DNA of 59,633 nucleotides, counting the filler, from Sphacelaria rigidula (taxonomy: Eukaryota), in NCBI GenBank assembly GCA_964200075.2. It is 8 parts of 8 records of this genome, joined end to end, with 100 filler letters (N's around TTAATTAATTAA, not from the genome) between each part and the next. Parts side by side here need not be neighbours in the genome. Positions count along the whole stretch, not along the records: positions 7,468 to 14,834 come from CAXNAA020015232.1; positions 14,935 to 22,301 come from CAXNAA020015233.1; positions 22,402 to 29,768 come from CAXNAA020015234.1; 5 more parts are not named here. One strand, given 5' to 3'. Shown here in pieces: positions 11,796-25,900 of this stretch (its first letter is position 1; every line of letters starts with the position of its first letter). A program made the translations under genes and the position numbers. The notes under the pieces are model-generated. The model was not told the DNA's origin. It searched no databases and saw only the letters and a program-made list of their open reading frames with translations.

Positions 11796-13969
11796 ATGCC
11801 GTACTCTGCTGTCCTCATCGCTGCTGCATTTTCGCTATGCCTTCACTGGGATCGGTCGTCCGTGTTGGCTATTCAAGCAACCGAAGCAACCCTCTCCACA
11901 GACTCGGTACCAAAAGAGAGCTCCGGCACCGCCGCCAGTTCAGCAGTGAAGAGAGAGGTGGCAGCAGCGGTGAGGTGGGATGTGGCAGCGGAAGAACCAA
12001 GTTCAGGCACCTTCACAAAACACAGCGATGATACCGTTGTCGAATCTAAGCCGAGCATTTTGGTAGAAAACGATGACGGAGAAGCCACCTCATTGCCTTC
12101 GTTGTTGACATCGCCGTCGATAAAAAACGTGCCGGAACGACCACCGCCAACAAAGAGGAAGGGGTCGGCCACGACGGTAACAGGAAACAGGTCAGGGGCT
12201 GCCGCGAACCCACCCAGAACAAGTACCGCCGCCAGTGCTACTAAGTACCGCGGAGCCGAAGGTGATAATGCAGGATACTTGCTGTCGTCTGACGAAGAAC
12301 GAACGGCAACAGCGGCAGCGTTTGTGTCCGTTGAATCGCGGCAGGTGGCGGAATATCTCGATGAGGTCGAGGGTTGGCGACGACCGCCGTCGACAATAAT
12401 AGGCTCAACTGAGCAGCGTAGAGGTGCCGGTGAAGTGACCACTGCGGCATCGGCAACAGAGATGGCAGCAGAGACGGAGTCGAGAAGTGACGCTGCTGGT
12501 TCTGCTGGGTCTGCTGCTGGTGATATCGGCACCAAACGTTTACCGCAAATCGATGTCGGGACCGATGCAGAGAGGAAGGGGGAGGAGAAGGAGGATCGAG
12601 AGGAGAGGAAACCCGCTTGGTTGCTCCTGCGTGGCGGCGCTGGCAGCGACAGTAGACGGGGTGGTAATACTGATGGTACCGGTATTGCTGCTGCTGCAAA
12701 TAGCGCCGCTCATGATGCCTCCATGGTTAAGGCCCCCACCATCACAGCCACCACCACTGCACACGTGAGCGATGGTCAACCGCGTGCACAAGAGCCGCAG
12801 CAGCACCTGCAGAAGCAGCGACGGCAGCGACAGCGACAGCTGCAAGAAAGACAACGGCGATTGGCCATGTTAAACGAAACTTCAGAAAATAATCAGCCAG
12901 GGCTACATGTGTCGCCGGACGGTGAGGGTAGCGGGGGACTCATGCCGTTTCAGCTAGACGGGATGACGCCGGCGTTCATGTCCGCCGACGGTGCGCGAAA
13001 CTACCTCAATGACCTTGTCGACAAAAGTGTCGCTGCCGTCAATAATCAGGTGCTCAGAAATATATATTGGAAGTAGCAACAGTTCACGCATGGCTCGCGC
13101 CGAACCGCAAGCTGACTCGTGAGAATCACTCTACCGACCAGAAATTCACGTGTTCGAGGTTTTTCGTTACCTGTGTCATCAAGCCCGCTGCTGGCGATGC
13201 GGTGGCGAGAGTGTAGTAGCTTTTATGTGAGGATCAATTTGATAGAGTGGCGTAATTCGCATTATATACTTGTATTGCAATTAGGAAGCGTGCATGCTGC
13301 GTGGAATCTCATATTCTGCACATATGGTGGCTCGACCGAAGTTTCTTGCGTTGGTACGCATGTGTATAACCGACCGAAACAGTACAGTACCGTAAGCTTC
13401 AAGCACTGCGACGTATGGTGTCACGTTACGGGTGGTTCACGCTCATGTGCCAGGTTTCAGTCATCCGCAAATCCTCACGCCGATTCTTGAAGTTAGACTC
13501 CGCAAATTGCACGCATACACTACGGAGCATTACAAAACTTTCGGAGGACGGTGTTCTCCGATTTTTTCTCCACCGGTTATCGGGGGTTCAACAAATGCAT
13601 GTGAAAGGAAGGTGACTTCCCGGGACCCCCATGACCTGCGAAATAAAAAATTGATCAACACCATACTAGAAATTTCGTCATGCCCCAGATTTCAGTAATC
13701 TCCAAGAATTGGCGGGAGCAATTGCGCCCTTGTGCGATAAATGGAGCCCAAAAGGACACCAACCCCTATCCACTTGATTTCAATGTCGAAACGACGTTTC
13801 GGGTACTCACGGCACACAGACGTACAACATCGCCTTCGTCAAGACCCACAAGACAGCGTCGACAACATTTGCGACGATCCTGTACCGATATGGAAAACGA
13901 CATGACATTGACGTGGCTAATTTCAAGGACCGCCATTCGGCTGTGGACCTACCGGAGGCTGCAAAAGAG
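11796..13969 (+). CDS. Galactose-3-O-sulfotransferase (GAL3ST/Gal-3-0_sulfotr)-like protein, 5' part: exons 11796-13049 and 13820-13969
   Basis: Exon 1 starts MPYSAVLIAAAFSLCLHW (hydrophobic signal/anchor), runs through a long low-complexity stem and ends at donor CAG|gtgctc. Exon 2 (cacag|ACG ... GAG|gtatgt) reads TYNIAFVKTHKTASTTFATILYRYGKRH, matching the GAL3ST 5'-PSB motif (F-x-KTHKTAS-x-T...IL-x-R-x-G). Confidence 0.85.
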
Positions 13970-14773
13970 GTATGTACCAGAGGCAATATGTTTGACGGAA
14001 TGTTCTTTTTTGGAACAGTTTTCAAAAAGAAGAAAAGACGGTTTGAAGATGGTGTACAGTACACTAACCACCTTTACGATAATGTGACGTTCCACTGGTG
14101 TAGTAACCGTGGTTGTCTGCTGATATTAAAATAATGTCAATTTTTTTAAATATCGGAATCTGCAATGCGCCTGGAAACACACGTGCGTTCATATATCGTC
14201 TTTTCTGCATTATTCCGGAAAAATTATAGTAAAACGGGTGTTTGCTCACATTTGATTATTGTTCATTCCATCGCCGGAGTATCGTCATACTCTATGGAGG
14301 GGCGCATCTCATCAAGGCCGTTCCCCTCCTCATTCTCAAACCGTGTCCTCCGCGAGCCCCACACACGAGAACGAGTGCACAGCCTTCTTCCTAGTAGCTC
14401 ACTGACGTCACCCACGAGGCTTTTGTTCCCACGCCTGAGGGTCTAGCCTCAATAAGCGTCGGCGAAACAATTGAGACCGCCAGTACAAAACGAAGTAAAA
14501 AGACGGCGTTTGGCGCTGTGCCCAGCACGGCTTAGCGTCAGCGCTTTCGTAGTAGTGATGGATACCTTCGTCTAGCGGGAGTGGCCTATCGACGAGGACG
14601 GCCAAGACATGACGGAAAACGGTGCCCCAAACAATGGAGGGCAGAAGGAGGAGGATCATCACTTTCAAGATGTTCATCGTAGTTGATTCAGAGCTTCCAG
14701 CATCGCAGCTTTTTACGGCGTCATCACCCGCGGGTACCGTTGGGATCACTGCCTAACCCGCGCCAAGTATTCC

Positions 14774-14834
<61 letters not shown>

Positions 14835-14934
14835 NNNNNNNNNNNNNNNNNNNNNNNNNNNNNNNNNNNNNNNNNNNNTTAATTAATTAANNNNNNNNNN
14901 NNNNNNNNNNNNNNNNNNNNNNNNNNNNNNNNNN
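14835..14934. other. Artificial contig linker
   Basis: Same 100-bp N/TTAATTAATTAA spacer, preceded by a long poly-C contig end. Confidence 0.99.
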
Positions 14935-17900
14935 GATGCGCCCACATATACCGAAAGGTGTAGACTGGTGCCCAGAATAAATGGGACGACAACACACAAC
15001 ACACACATATGCACATGCGACTTTCACTCATCACGTTGACATCCTGTGAAATGTTTCGACATGCTAGACGACACAGACATACTCTGACGACGAGATGCTG
15101 GCTCGAATTGCGATCAATCAAGACGCATGGAAAGCGTCTGCGTGTTTTGTTTTTAAACCCAAATTGAAAAAACACCTGCTGTCACTCTAACGATTCAGTT
15201 GATACCCGTATAAATGCATGCCTGTATACGTGTATTCATCAAACAAGCAACAACAACAACACAAGGAAAAATCAACGAACACACCATCGACTGCTGGAAA
15301 GCAACGACTACCAGTTCCCCGCGTGGAATCAGTCTAAGCTTTCTCGGTACGGTCCAAGCCGCTCACGCCTACCGTACCTACCTGCTACGTAAAATGATAG
15401 AAAACACAGAACGAACAAAGAAACATGACACATGAAACACCCATGTTGGAACATGGCCACACGGGCGAGAAGTGAAGTCATCGGAAACACTCATCGACAC
15501 CCTCGACAGGCGTAAACTATACGTAGACGACAAAAAGCACAACGACACATACATGGGAAGCAAGAAACAAACACCAGAAACATTGACTGGCAAATTTGCG
15601 CTTCCCTTGCCCAAAACCACAAGACAGATATATATATTCAAGACAAGACGAGACATACAAGACAAGATACACAAGATAAGATAAGATAGGACAGGACAAG
15701 AACGAGAACATGAAGAACGGCACGGAAATTTAAAAAAAAAAAGCAAACAAAAACAAGATTCAAATAGCTCAAACAAACAGGAAATCGGTCCCTATCCATA
15801 CAAGTACACATCGCATCGATAAATTACTTTTTTTTGCGATGACGAGCGCCAACACTGCAGCACGGCAACAAATATGCAGTACAAAAAACAAGCTTTACAT
15901 CAGTCGCAGTTGATCGCCTGTCAACCATCCGAGAGATGAAACCCGTCCATCTTCAAAACGCTCGTCAGCCATCTTTGACACTGAAACCTCCTGAAATTGT
16001 CCCTGCTCTCAGAGACAAAAGCCTCCCCACGTGGCGTCAGCATGCCGCTCTCATTTAGCTACCCTGTCTAGATTTCTCTCTACCAGCTTCACCATGCGTT
16101 TCCATGTCTCGAAACTGTCGCCGACCAGTAAGAGCCAGAGCGCTGCAAAAACCCTCAACAAAGCAGCGTCTTCACCACCCGACCGCATTAGTGCACAGTT
16201 CATCCAATACGTACAACAACTATGACAAACACAAACAGTGACAACTTATGAAAACCTACACTTCAACAAGGGATACCACTCCCGTGACTCACCGACCCAC
16301 CCACCAACACTCCAAGATAAACTAGGCAGGAGCCCAAACATAGCAGCTGACGATGGCGAAAACAGAAAGCCAAACGACCCAGACGGAGAGTGTTATCCTG
16401 GAGTGTGCGCTATACAGTAAATCACTGACGCTCCCCACTACCCCGACAACAATACAGCACTTCAAACAAAATATCAACGATTCAACGGGTCCCCCTCCTC
16501 CCCCCCCCGGATTAAACAACGCTCCCGGCCCGCACCCGATGCCTCGCATGTGCACTGCACGTAAAGTAGTGGCACAAACACAGTGACATATCTCACTCGC
16601 AACACCCGAAAATAAAACTGGAAACCCACACACTTTTGCAATCGCAGCGAGCAACATTTCCGCGCGAGGTACAGGTCCCCTCTGACATAAAAAAAACACA
16701 CACAACAACAGCAACGGCAACAGCAAACGACAACGACAACTCAATCGTGTCATTTTCCACTATGGCCATGCGATGACTGTCTCGGGACATGCGGATGGAG
16801 CCGTCCCCTATCAGACACACGTTTGACTGCCAAAGGCTGAATATGCCCACGCTGAACATCACAAAACCCCAGCCACTGAGCAGCCTTTTCTGAGTTGACG
16901 TTTTGGGGCGGACTACAAATAAAGGCATGCACACAACACACGCGTGCGTCGCATTCTGTATTCGACTCGAAAATGGCCTGATGCATGTCTGCAGTACGTA
17001 ACGTGCATTCGGACTGGTCTCACCGTACATCCCCCCACCGCAAATCGCTGCTTGGGTAGTTATACCTGTATACCAGAGTACTGTACACCACGGGCAGGGA
17101 AAGCGCACTGAACACAGCTGCCACCGTGTCCTCTAATTCGGGGGCTTTCACAAAAAAAAAACACTGGAAAAAACAGTCAACACCACACGGGTCTTTATTA
17201 TCCCGTCCTCAGGAGGGATTGGACTGGAGGAAAAGAAATCACCAACAAACAAGAAACAAACAAGAAACGATTTTCATATCTGTCTCACAAGCATCATCAC
17301 AGAGGCAGTCACGGGGCGTAGCTATATATCCACACCGAACTGCGCACCACGAATCAAACTGCCGGCGAGAAAAAAAGCAACCGGCGCAAAACAACTACTT
17401 AGATGGCACTACCCGCTCGAACGGAAACATGTCTTCGGTGGCACAACTCTACGCTACATATTACATCACAGCCGCACGGAATAGCCCGGAGATCGCCGTG
17501 AACGGCGGCGCGTGAAATTCTTTGATCATTATTAGAGACAGTGCCAACGAGCTAACCCCTGGACAGCTGCGACTACTTCGGAGTCTCACCAAGGACACTC
17601 ATTCTCTCTTTGCATCAAAATAAACACAACGTGTTCCCCCTAACAGTAGCAGCACGTACACGAGTGTAGAATTACACCTCCTGTACTCCACACCCATTAT
17701 CTGAAGAAATACGCACGCTCTTCGCACACTATGCCACAGACCAGTGTCGACTGACACGTCAATCTGAAGGTCCTACAAGTCACTCACATGGGCTGAAATT
17801 GGGTGCCATATTCTCATTTGAAAGCCGACAGAAATCAGGATCGATCTCTGAAGCGTAAACACACACAGGACCCCCCCCTACTCCCCCCCGCCGTCCCCCG

Positions 17901-18670
17901 GTGTATCATCTAGAATGCATCGCACGGCAAGTCTGTCCACGACCTCGACTATCGTGACTGTCGTGAAGGGTGGTCATTTTCCGCACCACGTTTACCTACA
18001 AATGGATCGCACCACACCGCCGTCTATACATCTCCCCCCATATTTTTCTTTGGTTCCTTCCTTGTCTTCCTTCCCCCATTTCTCAAAATCCCAGCCATCA
18101 CCCAACAATTTACAGCCTTGTTTCCCTCATATTCCCTCGACGAAACAGTATACATGCGTCATAATCCGAAATCTCTCGACTATTCTCCCTCCCTCTCTTT
18201 CAAACATTTCCCTCGAGTGTGTGTGAAGTGATCGCGAAGCAAATCTCGGTGGGGAGGGGGGGGGGAGGGGAGGTCACCGGAATGCCGGTCCAAAACCCCC
18301 GAAAAAACAAGAACCAAACAAGCAGTCAGGCAGGCCTTTTGCACACCATGTCGATACCGTCCCTCGACATTGTCCCTCTACCTTACGCCGACGCAGAAAA
18401 ATAGCGCCGTTACGTCCTCAAACAAAGCACCCCAACCAAGTCCTCTAGAGGGACCAACCTAGATGAGTAACCTATGGGGGAGGGAGAGGTGCATAAATAG
18501 CACGGCAAGCACACTACAATTGCGGGGGGGGGGGGGGGGGGGGGGGGGGAAAAAAGGGGGTTCTCCCCACAGAGAAACCAAATTCCGCCAATTTTCCCCA
18601 AATTTCTGGGGGCCAACACCACNNNNNNNNNNGCGGAGGGAGGGCAAGAGACAGGGAGGGGGGCGAGTGT

Positions 18671-18715
<45 letters not shown>

Positions 18716-18877
18716 TAAAAGTGAGTTCTTCCAAACTTGAAACAGAATTCGCCGATATTTTCCCCAAATTTTCGGGTCCAACACCCCGTTCGTACCCATA
18801 GCTACGAAGATATCTTGACGACACTTTGCGCCCAAATTGTCTCGCCTGATAAGGCGAATATATGCTCAGAACATTAC

Positions 18878-21800
18878 CCAGAACAGTGTTCATTCCGCTC
18901 CAGCCTCTTGCCTGGTTCAAATGTTCGCAAAACGGCCGCCGACTTGATTCTGTGGAAGATGACCGGATGGAATCGAGAGACAAGGAAGGCAAGACACGAA
19001 GAAGGTGTACATCATGAACACATCATCCGTCACACAATATACTCGGTTTGAAATGGATACAGGATAAAATAAATTGTGACATAATGCCGCGGGGTCGAGA
19101 CGCCCATCTATCTGCTGCACCGGACGCACGTTTCGAACATTTTCGATACAGCGTACATAGTAGCCTGGTCGAAATTGTACGATGACACATAGCACATATC
19201 GCTTATCTATTTAAATCGCATGCCCTCGAGCTACCAGCGGAGCTGCTGCTTGATGTCGGACTCGAGGGCGCGTTCAACGAAAAAACAAAAGAGGAGGTAG
19301 TGATTTTGACCGACAGCTCTTCATTTACGATTGATCGTCAATTAATTATTTTCTGCTGTGGTTTTCCGCGGGAAAAAGACGTGTATACGCTCGGGAGGGG
19401 AGGGGCGTACTCATTTATTGCTTGCCTCCGTCATTTGACCATTGACCACGCATCCCTTCCAAGACGGAGCAAGGCGGGTGGGGGGAGTAACGTAGTAATA
19501 CGGCACCCTACGAAGCTCTACGGTACAACAATACCTTCCCTTTCACCCTGCTATCTTATTTCTTGGAGCGCACCTGGGTGACGCTGACTCGTGCGTCCAC
19601 ATACACCGGGCGGTCTAAGCGTCCACAATAAATGGGACGAACGCCCACACACCCACACCCACATCCACACCCACACAATGAACACAAATGGTGATCCGAG
19701 TAAGTTGCCGAGTGAATCTTCAAATTTTCTCTCGGTAGAAGCACATACTTGATGACCTTTGCTGTACAGAGAGTAACGGAGATATCGTTCCTGTCTTCTG
19801 TACATGGCACATGGCTCCACCCCACATGCGTACCGTATGCGTTACATGTGCCTGCTCACCCCAGCCTGTCGGCGGTAATGGTTCCGCACGTGGTTTTGGG
19901 TCTGCTTCTCCACTCTCCGTTCGACAGACTTAATCATCGCGCTCACGGACATAGTTGTTGGCGCGGCTTTGACGCGGTCTGCTTCAGGCTTCTATCCATC
20001 CAATATCGTCGGCAGCAAAAAACAGTTCGCGCAAGGAGATAGACAGGGAAACAGACAGGGAGACAGGGATAGAGACAGAGACAGAGACGGACAGACCACG
20101 AAGTTTGACAGCAGCAGTAACAGCAATACAATGCAGTCACCCAAAACCCTCCGCGATAACACGCAATATACTCCACAGGAAGTGCAGCAGCTGCAGCAAG
20201 TAAGTGCAGCCGTAGGTGCGGCAAGTTAGGGTTAGGGTTAGGGTTAGGGTTAGGGTTACGCTAACCCTAGCCGCAGCAACCGGGGGAGGAAATATGAACT
20301 CCCTGACGAAAAAAACACGAGCTGACCCCTCCTCATCCACTTCTGCGCGAAAACATTTACAAAAAAGGAAATAAGATAGCAGCGAAAAAAGGAGCGCGAA
20401 CATCACTGGACACAGTGACAGCTCGAGCCAAAACGCACGACAGCACAGTCAGTACGAAGCAGAGAGAAAGAAACCCGAGTGACATAAATGGGCAGAGCAA
20501 AATGAAACTAATCACGTGCATATGTGAGAGCAGTACATACGTGAGATTCGGTTCATACATACGTGAGTGTGATGCACGAATGAGAGTCATACATGGGTAA
20601 GATTCATGCATACGCAAGGTCCACACATACGATTCATGCATACGCAAGGTTCATACATGCGAGTTACGTATAAGTGAGGTTCACAATACGTGAGCCATAC
20701 ATACGCGAGAAGTACATGCGCGCCCCCGTATGAAACCGGACAGACAACAAAACGCCCGGACGTCAACTGTCCACGCCGTTTACCCAGCAGTCTTCCGGCG
20801 CCGTATCTAGTTTCCCGGATCTCATCCCGGTCTGTGTTCAAATTACTCATTTTTTCATCCTCTCGGTCTCTGTTTTTCTTTCTCTCTGTTTTATTTCACG
20901 CCCTCGTCTTCTCGTCGTTCTCCTCGAGTTTCGTCACAGCTGGTGTTGTTTTCTGCATACATTTTGCCTTGGGTACTCAATGGCACGCGTTTATTTTCTA
21001 CTAGCTAACGACCACAGCTGGATTCCTGGTCATTAGATCATAACAATTGTTCAGCCGACTGATCAGTGGTAATCATCGCGGATGATGGTCCAGTTTCGCG
21101 TGACTGCCCTTCTTTCTGCCCGACTCATGAGCTGACTGCCGCACATGATCTGATGTCCCATGTAAGTATCTAGCCGAGGTCAAAAAAGGAATGCATCCAA
21201 GCTATAATAAAACCCACGATAGACGCCCGCTGAGCGAAATTCGGCAAAACCCGTGAACATGAAATTTCCTCCAATACTGAACGGATTTTCGTCAAACAAA
21301 GACTGCTATGAGCAGATGAGCTAGGGCTAGTGGCGGAGCTAACGGACATGGGCGGTGGGTCTCTGTGCGATTTGCTTTCGGGGCTCGGTGTGTAGGTGTT
21401 GCGCTTCCTCGTCGCGTCATTTTCCGTACCATAAGAGAGATATTGGGACGACGGCCGCTGCCAGAACCACCACATATTTGAACCTGTCCGCAGATCTGGC
21501 TTGCATCTGGACAGAAATGATGTGTTCTAGAAAATACTGAAAGTGGCCTGGCCCTTGTAGACACAAATAAATATGCTTGTCTCGTCCACACAAATTTTGC
21601 ACACAGATTTCACCTGTCTCTATACGGATACGTCAAGATCCCCCCCCCCCCTCCCATTTTATTTTATTCCGGAGGAGAAATTATCGCAGGAAGATTCAAA
21701 ATCGAAGTCACCAGCGCTCGGATTTGCTTGGCACACACCGAACAACCCGAAGTGATAGTACCTGGTGGCCAATGGGGGGTGGAAAAACTCAGTCGAGATA

Positions 21801-22003
21801 CTCAGTACAGATAACATACCCGAGACACTTCAGCCGCAGCGGCGGTAGCATCGTTGGCGCTGGCCGCGTAGGTCACCAAACCCCCGCCAGCTCTTGTGGT
21901 GGCCACATAGGACACATTGGTTCCATCGTTCGCTTTAGTGGTGACGACTCGGTCCAAAGCCATGCGTCGGTCGTTCTCACTGTCATCTTCGGAAGATCCG
22001 AAT
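18878..22003 (-). CDS. Putative multi-exon gene of unknown function (exons 21820-22003, 21430-21483, 19860-19991, 19574-19614, 18878-18949)
   Basis: Five AG/GT-bounded segments with compatible phases give an open frame: FGSSEDDSENDRRMALDRVV...EVSR|VQICGGSGSGRRPNISLM|KPEADRVK...RNHYRRQAG|TARCMWTHESASP|RIKSAAVLRTFEPGKRLERNEHCS. No recognisable domain. Confidence 0.45.
20226..20268 (+). repeat. Interstitial telomeric repeat (TTAGGG)5 followed by an inverted unit
   Basis: ttaggg x5 (20226-20255), then ttacgc, then taaccct. Confidence 0.85.
20510..20720. repeat. Degenerate short tandem repeat (catac-rich)
   Basis: Recurring catacgtgag / gattcatgcatacgcaaggt motifs. Confidence 0.55.
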
Positions 22004-22301
22004 CTTGAGAAATTGTGAAGCACCAAGAGGGGGAAGACATTCGAGGAGGAAATGACGATTTGTTTTAAAACAAAAATAAGAGAAATGACGAATGACTACA
22101 ACAATATTCTGCCAAAATCATTGTGAGGACATGAGTAGCAAGTGCCGACTGTGAAAAGTAAAAAATCAGGATTATAGTGAATAATAACAACAACGAAAAG
22201 TGGGTACTACATCTCTCCTTCTCATTTTTTCTTTTCGACACTTTCTACGATAGCCCCCCCCCCAAACCAGCTAAAAGTGTCACGAAAAAAATGGCCATGA
22301 G

Positions 22302-22401
22302 NNNNNNNNNNNNNNNNNNNNNNNNNNNNNNNNNNNNNNNNNNNNTTAATTAATTAANNNNNNNNNNNNNNNNNNNNNNNNNNNNNNNNNNNNNNNNNNN
22401 N
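22302..22401. other. Artificial contig linker
   Basis: Same 100-bp spacer. Confidence 0.99.
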
Positions 22402-22585
22402 CCCCCAAAAAAAGCCGGAAGGGAGAACGGGGGGTCCGCCCCGGACCAGGCTGAAGGGGGGGGGGGGGGGGGAGACTGCATGTAACAAATCCAACGCTCC
22501 ACTAGCAGGAACAAATACAATGAGAATAATACAAGAGTAAAACGGAGGAAAGGACGAGGACATGGACATAAATGCACAAAAAGAG

Positions 22586-22588
<3 letters not shown>

Positions 22589-22632
<44 letters not shown>
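22589..22632. repeat. (GA)n microsatellite
   Basis: Perfect dinucleotide run. Confidence 0.95.
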
Positions 22633-22634
<2 letters not shown>

Positions 22635-22996
22635 CCGAGATTGCGTGGTCACAAATCCAACGCTCTACTGCAAAGGGTGTGGTAGTGCGAGATCCAGATA
22701 TGGTACGGTCCAAGCACCTTTCATCTAACGGTATTGTTCTCCCCTATTGTGTGGTCTATCGTCGATGGGGTGAGTACATTAACAAAAAATACGCCCGATA
22801 CATTTGCGCCAACACACAGGCCGACGTTTCACCAAGACGCCCTATGCGCGCGTTCTTAGGCGAAGAAGAGCCTTGCACGGTGATCAAATCATGCCCTCAT
22901 CTTTATCTCCGCTGACATTCTAGATACAGCAACAGAACACAACATTCTTCGATGAAAAAAGGAATTCGCAAACACTCAAAATCTGCCCCCCCTCAC

Positions 22997-25900
22997 TTGT
23001 CAGGGGTTATGTTGCCACCGGAAGCACTCATGAACGTCAGAGGGCAGTAGTTATAGGCGAACATTCTGTCTGGATATGCGGTAACCACGATACAACGGAT
23101 GGAGTCCGAAGGAAAGGGGGCGGCGCGCGCGTGGATGGGACGGGGGGGGGGGGAGTGAGCCCTGCGCCAATTTGAATCATCAACACAGGTGCATAGTGTC
23201 TGGGCTTCCCGGCAACCTAGAGCGTTGTGCCTTTCCAGGTATTGAGAACCACTGCAGATGGGGGCAAGTTCGTCCATAAGTTGCAAGGGAATGCATACAA
23301 GTAGCTTGAAAAATGAAAGACGGGAAGTAATTGGTTTGCACATTTTGAGAAAAAAAAAAAAACGTTTCGTCTGTACAACATTGCTGCTCTGCTCTTCAAA
23401 GCGAATCTGGTGAACAAGAAACGGCGTCTACATGGCTTCATGAGAGAGCGGATTGGAACACCACCCCGAGCCCCGCAAACCGATTTTGCGCAGAGTGCTA
23501 TTTTCACGAACAAAAGACTGACAGGCTGACATTTTGTGACCGCAGATTTCGCCGTAGTCAACACTTAGAAATGACACACCCAATGGACCGAAAAGCACTG
23601 GATACCAAGTGACGGCATTCACCATGGTCGAAAGACCCTCCCCTGAAATGATGGCTGGCTTCAGGGTCGTGCATTTTGTCACCGGCCGACCAAGTTGTTG
23701 TTGTTGTTGTTGTCGTCTTCACAATTTAAAAAAAACTCCGATATATGCGCAGTACTCCGTACTAGGCATCTGATGCCGACGCCTTCCGCGGCCAAGGGCT
23801 ACCAACCCATATTAAGGTATAAGTTGATCAAACAAAAACAAAATCGACCCCAGAAAAAATCACAACGACGCGATACAAAAAGACAACACTTCAATCGAAA
23901 TATAATACCGTTAAATATATACATATCAAGTAGAGAGCTAGCTGCGGGCAGCTCCTCTCTCCCCCTCCCCTCCCCTTGTCTCCAACTCTACGCAGCACAG
24001 ACGTGCTGTATGCGCCATCATACAGACAGTAATGTATGAACATGAGCATGCGTTTGAACTTTTTAATTTAGCCAACCCATACGGTACCTCCCCATGCCTC
24101 CGCCGTGCCGAATCTCCGCTCGAAGAATCCCCAAAGACGTGTGCCGCTCACCTGGGCGGGGCAGCGGCAGAGGCACACCAGCACACGGAAGACCCGGCGA
24201 CAGAGAGACCGAACCAACGACAGCCATCATGAGTTATCAAGGACTGCTTGTGTGTAGTATCGGAACACAAGCCTCTGTTGCTCCTTCCCTTCCGGTGTAC
24301 AATATGTAAGTCGCAGTTTGGTGCCTCGCTTCCGTAGGGATCATGGGTGAGAGCTCATACCCAAAACGGTGTGTGGCCGAAATGGCTGAGCCGTGATCTT
24401 TTCCCACGGCTTTTCGGTTTTCGTCTGGGTACAAATGCATGCGTTTTTCCGCTGGACCCTTTTCCCGCCTGACGCGATGTTGGAGATACTGACCATTTCT
24501 CTCCCCGTTTTTTTACTTTCATTTTCAGCTTACTCTGTTTATCTGTTTTACCTTTCTCTTTTTACTCATTTTTCTTCAGCGATTGTTTCCGTTTTGTTAA
24601 CCTTGGGTACGTACGTCTATCTCGTGGATAATGACCACGACTTGATTCCTCTTGTGGATAATGATCAGTCAATGTGCGACAATCAATCAATCCATCCATC
24701 AATCAACCAACAAGCACCGCCCACGCTCAACTTGCAGGGCGACCGCAGCCAAACAATGTGCCCCATTGGACCAGGATAACATCAACACGTGGAGCATACT
24801 TTTTGACGTACTCGCTTCAATATTTGATAGTCGTGCAGACAGAGCATGGCTTGAGGATGGAATATCAAGCTCACGTCTCCCACTCGAGTTGCGGTACGCA
24901 TTCTCCCCTGCATCAACCGTTTGCAATTTCCCAACTGACCTCTAACGAAGACACAGATGCTCCGTTAAAAAAGGCGCGGAGCGACAGGGGAGGGGGGATG
25001 TTGTGGGACGTGCAAGGCATCACCAGGGGAAAATTGTGGAGACGAAGACTAAGGTAAATACTGAGAAAAGCGTCCAGATACAGATCAACCGCTGAAAAAA
25101 TGATTTCCAAAGGAACATTGCGGCAGACGGGAGATAAACAAAAGCCAAAACCATTCATCCTCTCACGATACGGCCAGGAGAAAAGCGAGTTGGCCTCGAA
25201 CGCACAAAATTATGATCATTTCACAACATGGTATTTCCGCTGGTGTACATGGTAATGGATAACCCTTGCAAGGTGCGTAATTTTAAGCGCACAAACAGAA
25301 CACTACGTAACGCCGCAACGCCACCTGCACAGGGTAACCAATAGCAGCATACAAGCTTCGAAAACGAGGGGTTTGACCAGTTACGGGTAACCAATCCAAT
25401 CCACTCAAGAGGACTTCAATTCAAAGGGTGAGGTGCACCCCGCCAGGGAATAACGGAACAGGCAAGAGCTAGATTTGCAGGATGCCTCCCAAGTAGAAAT
25501 CTTCAGCCCACCAGTTGTCGTTGAAACACCCTTTCTTACTGATTTGTTCTGAAACAAAAAAACAGTCCAGCCCATGCCTTGTACGGTCCATAAATGTTTG
25601 GGGGAGGGGGGCATGAGGGAACAATACAAAACCTCGCTGCGTGAGCATTGGAAGCCGTCCACAGGGCGCTTGGGGTGCTCCTTGCTGGGTCTTCCCACTT
25701 CGCCCGATATCCCCAGCCAATCTCGCACGAACCCCACCTCACCGAAGGGCACGCCTGTTTGCACCTTTTCCACGATTATTGAAAACGAAGAGTGAGGAAT
25801 TTGGGAGTTATTCAATCGTTCGCCTATGAAGAATACCAGGAAGTACGACAGGAATATAGCACGCTTCACCACCTCCAGCACACACACATACACACATGAC

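Noticed and set aside
14408..14749. Minus-strand ORF inside the sulfotransferase intron
   Set aside because: No motif and wrong strand to be the next sulfotransferase exon.
18523..18790. Apparent duplication flanking poly-G runs and a 10-N gap (similar case at 45017-45200)
   Set aside because: A degraded copy right after poly-G next to a scaffold gap is typical of sequencing failure, so it is probably not a real repeat.
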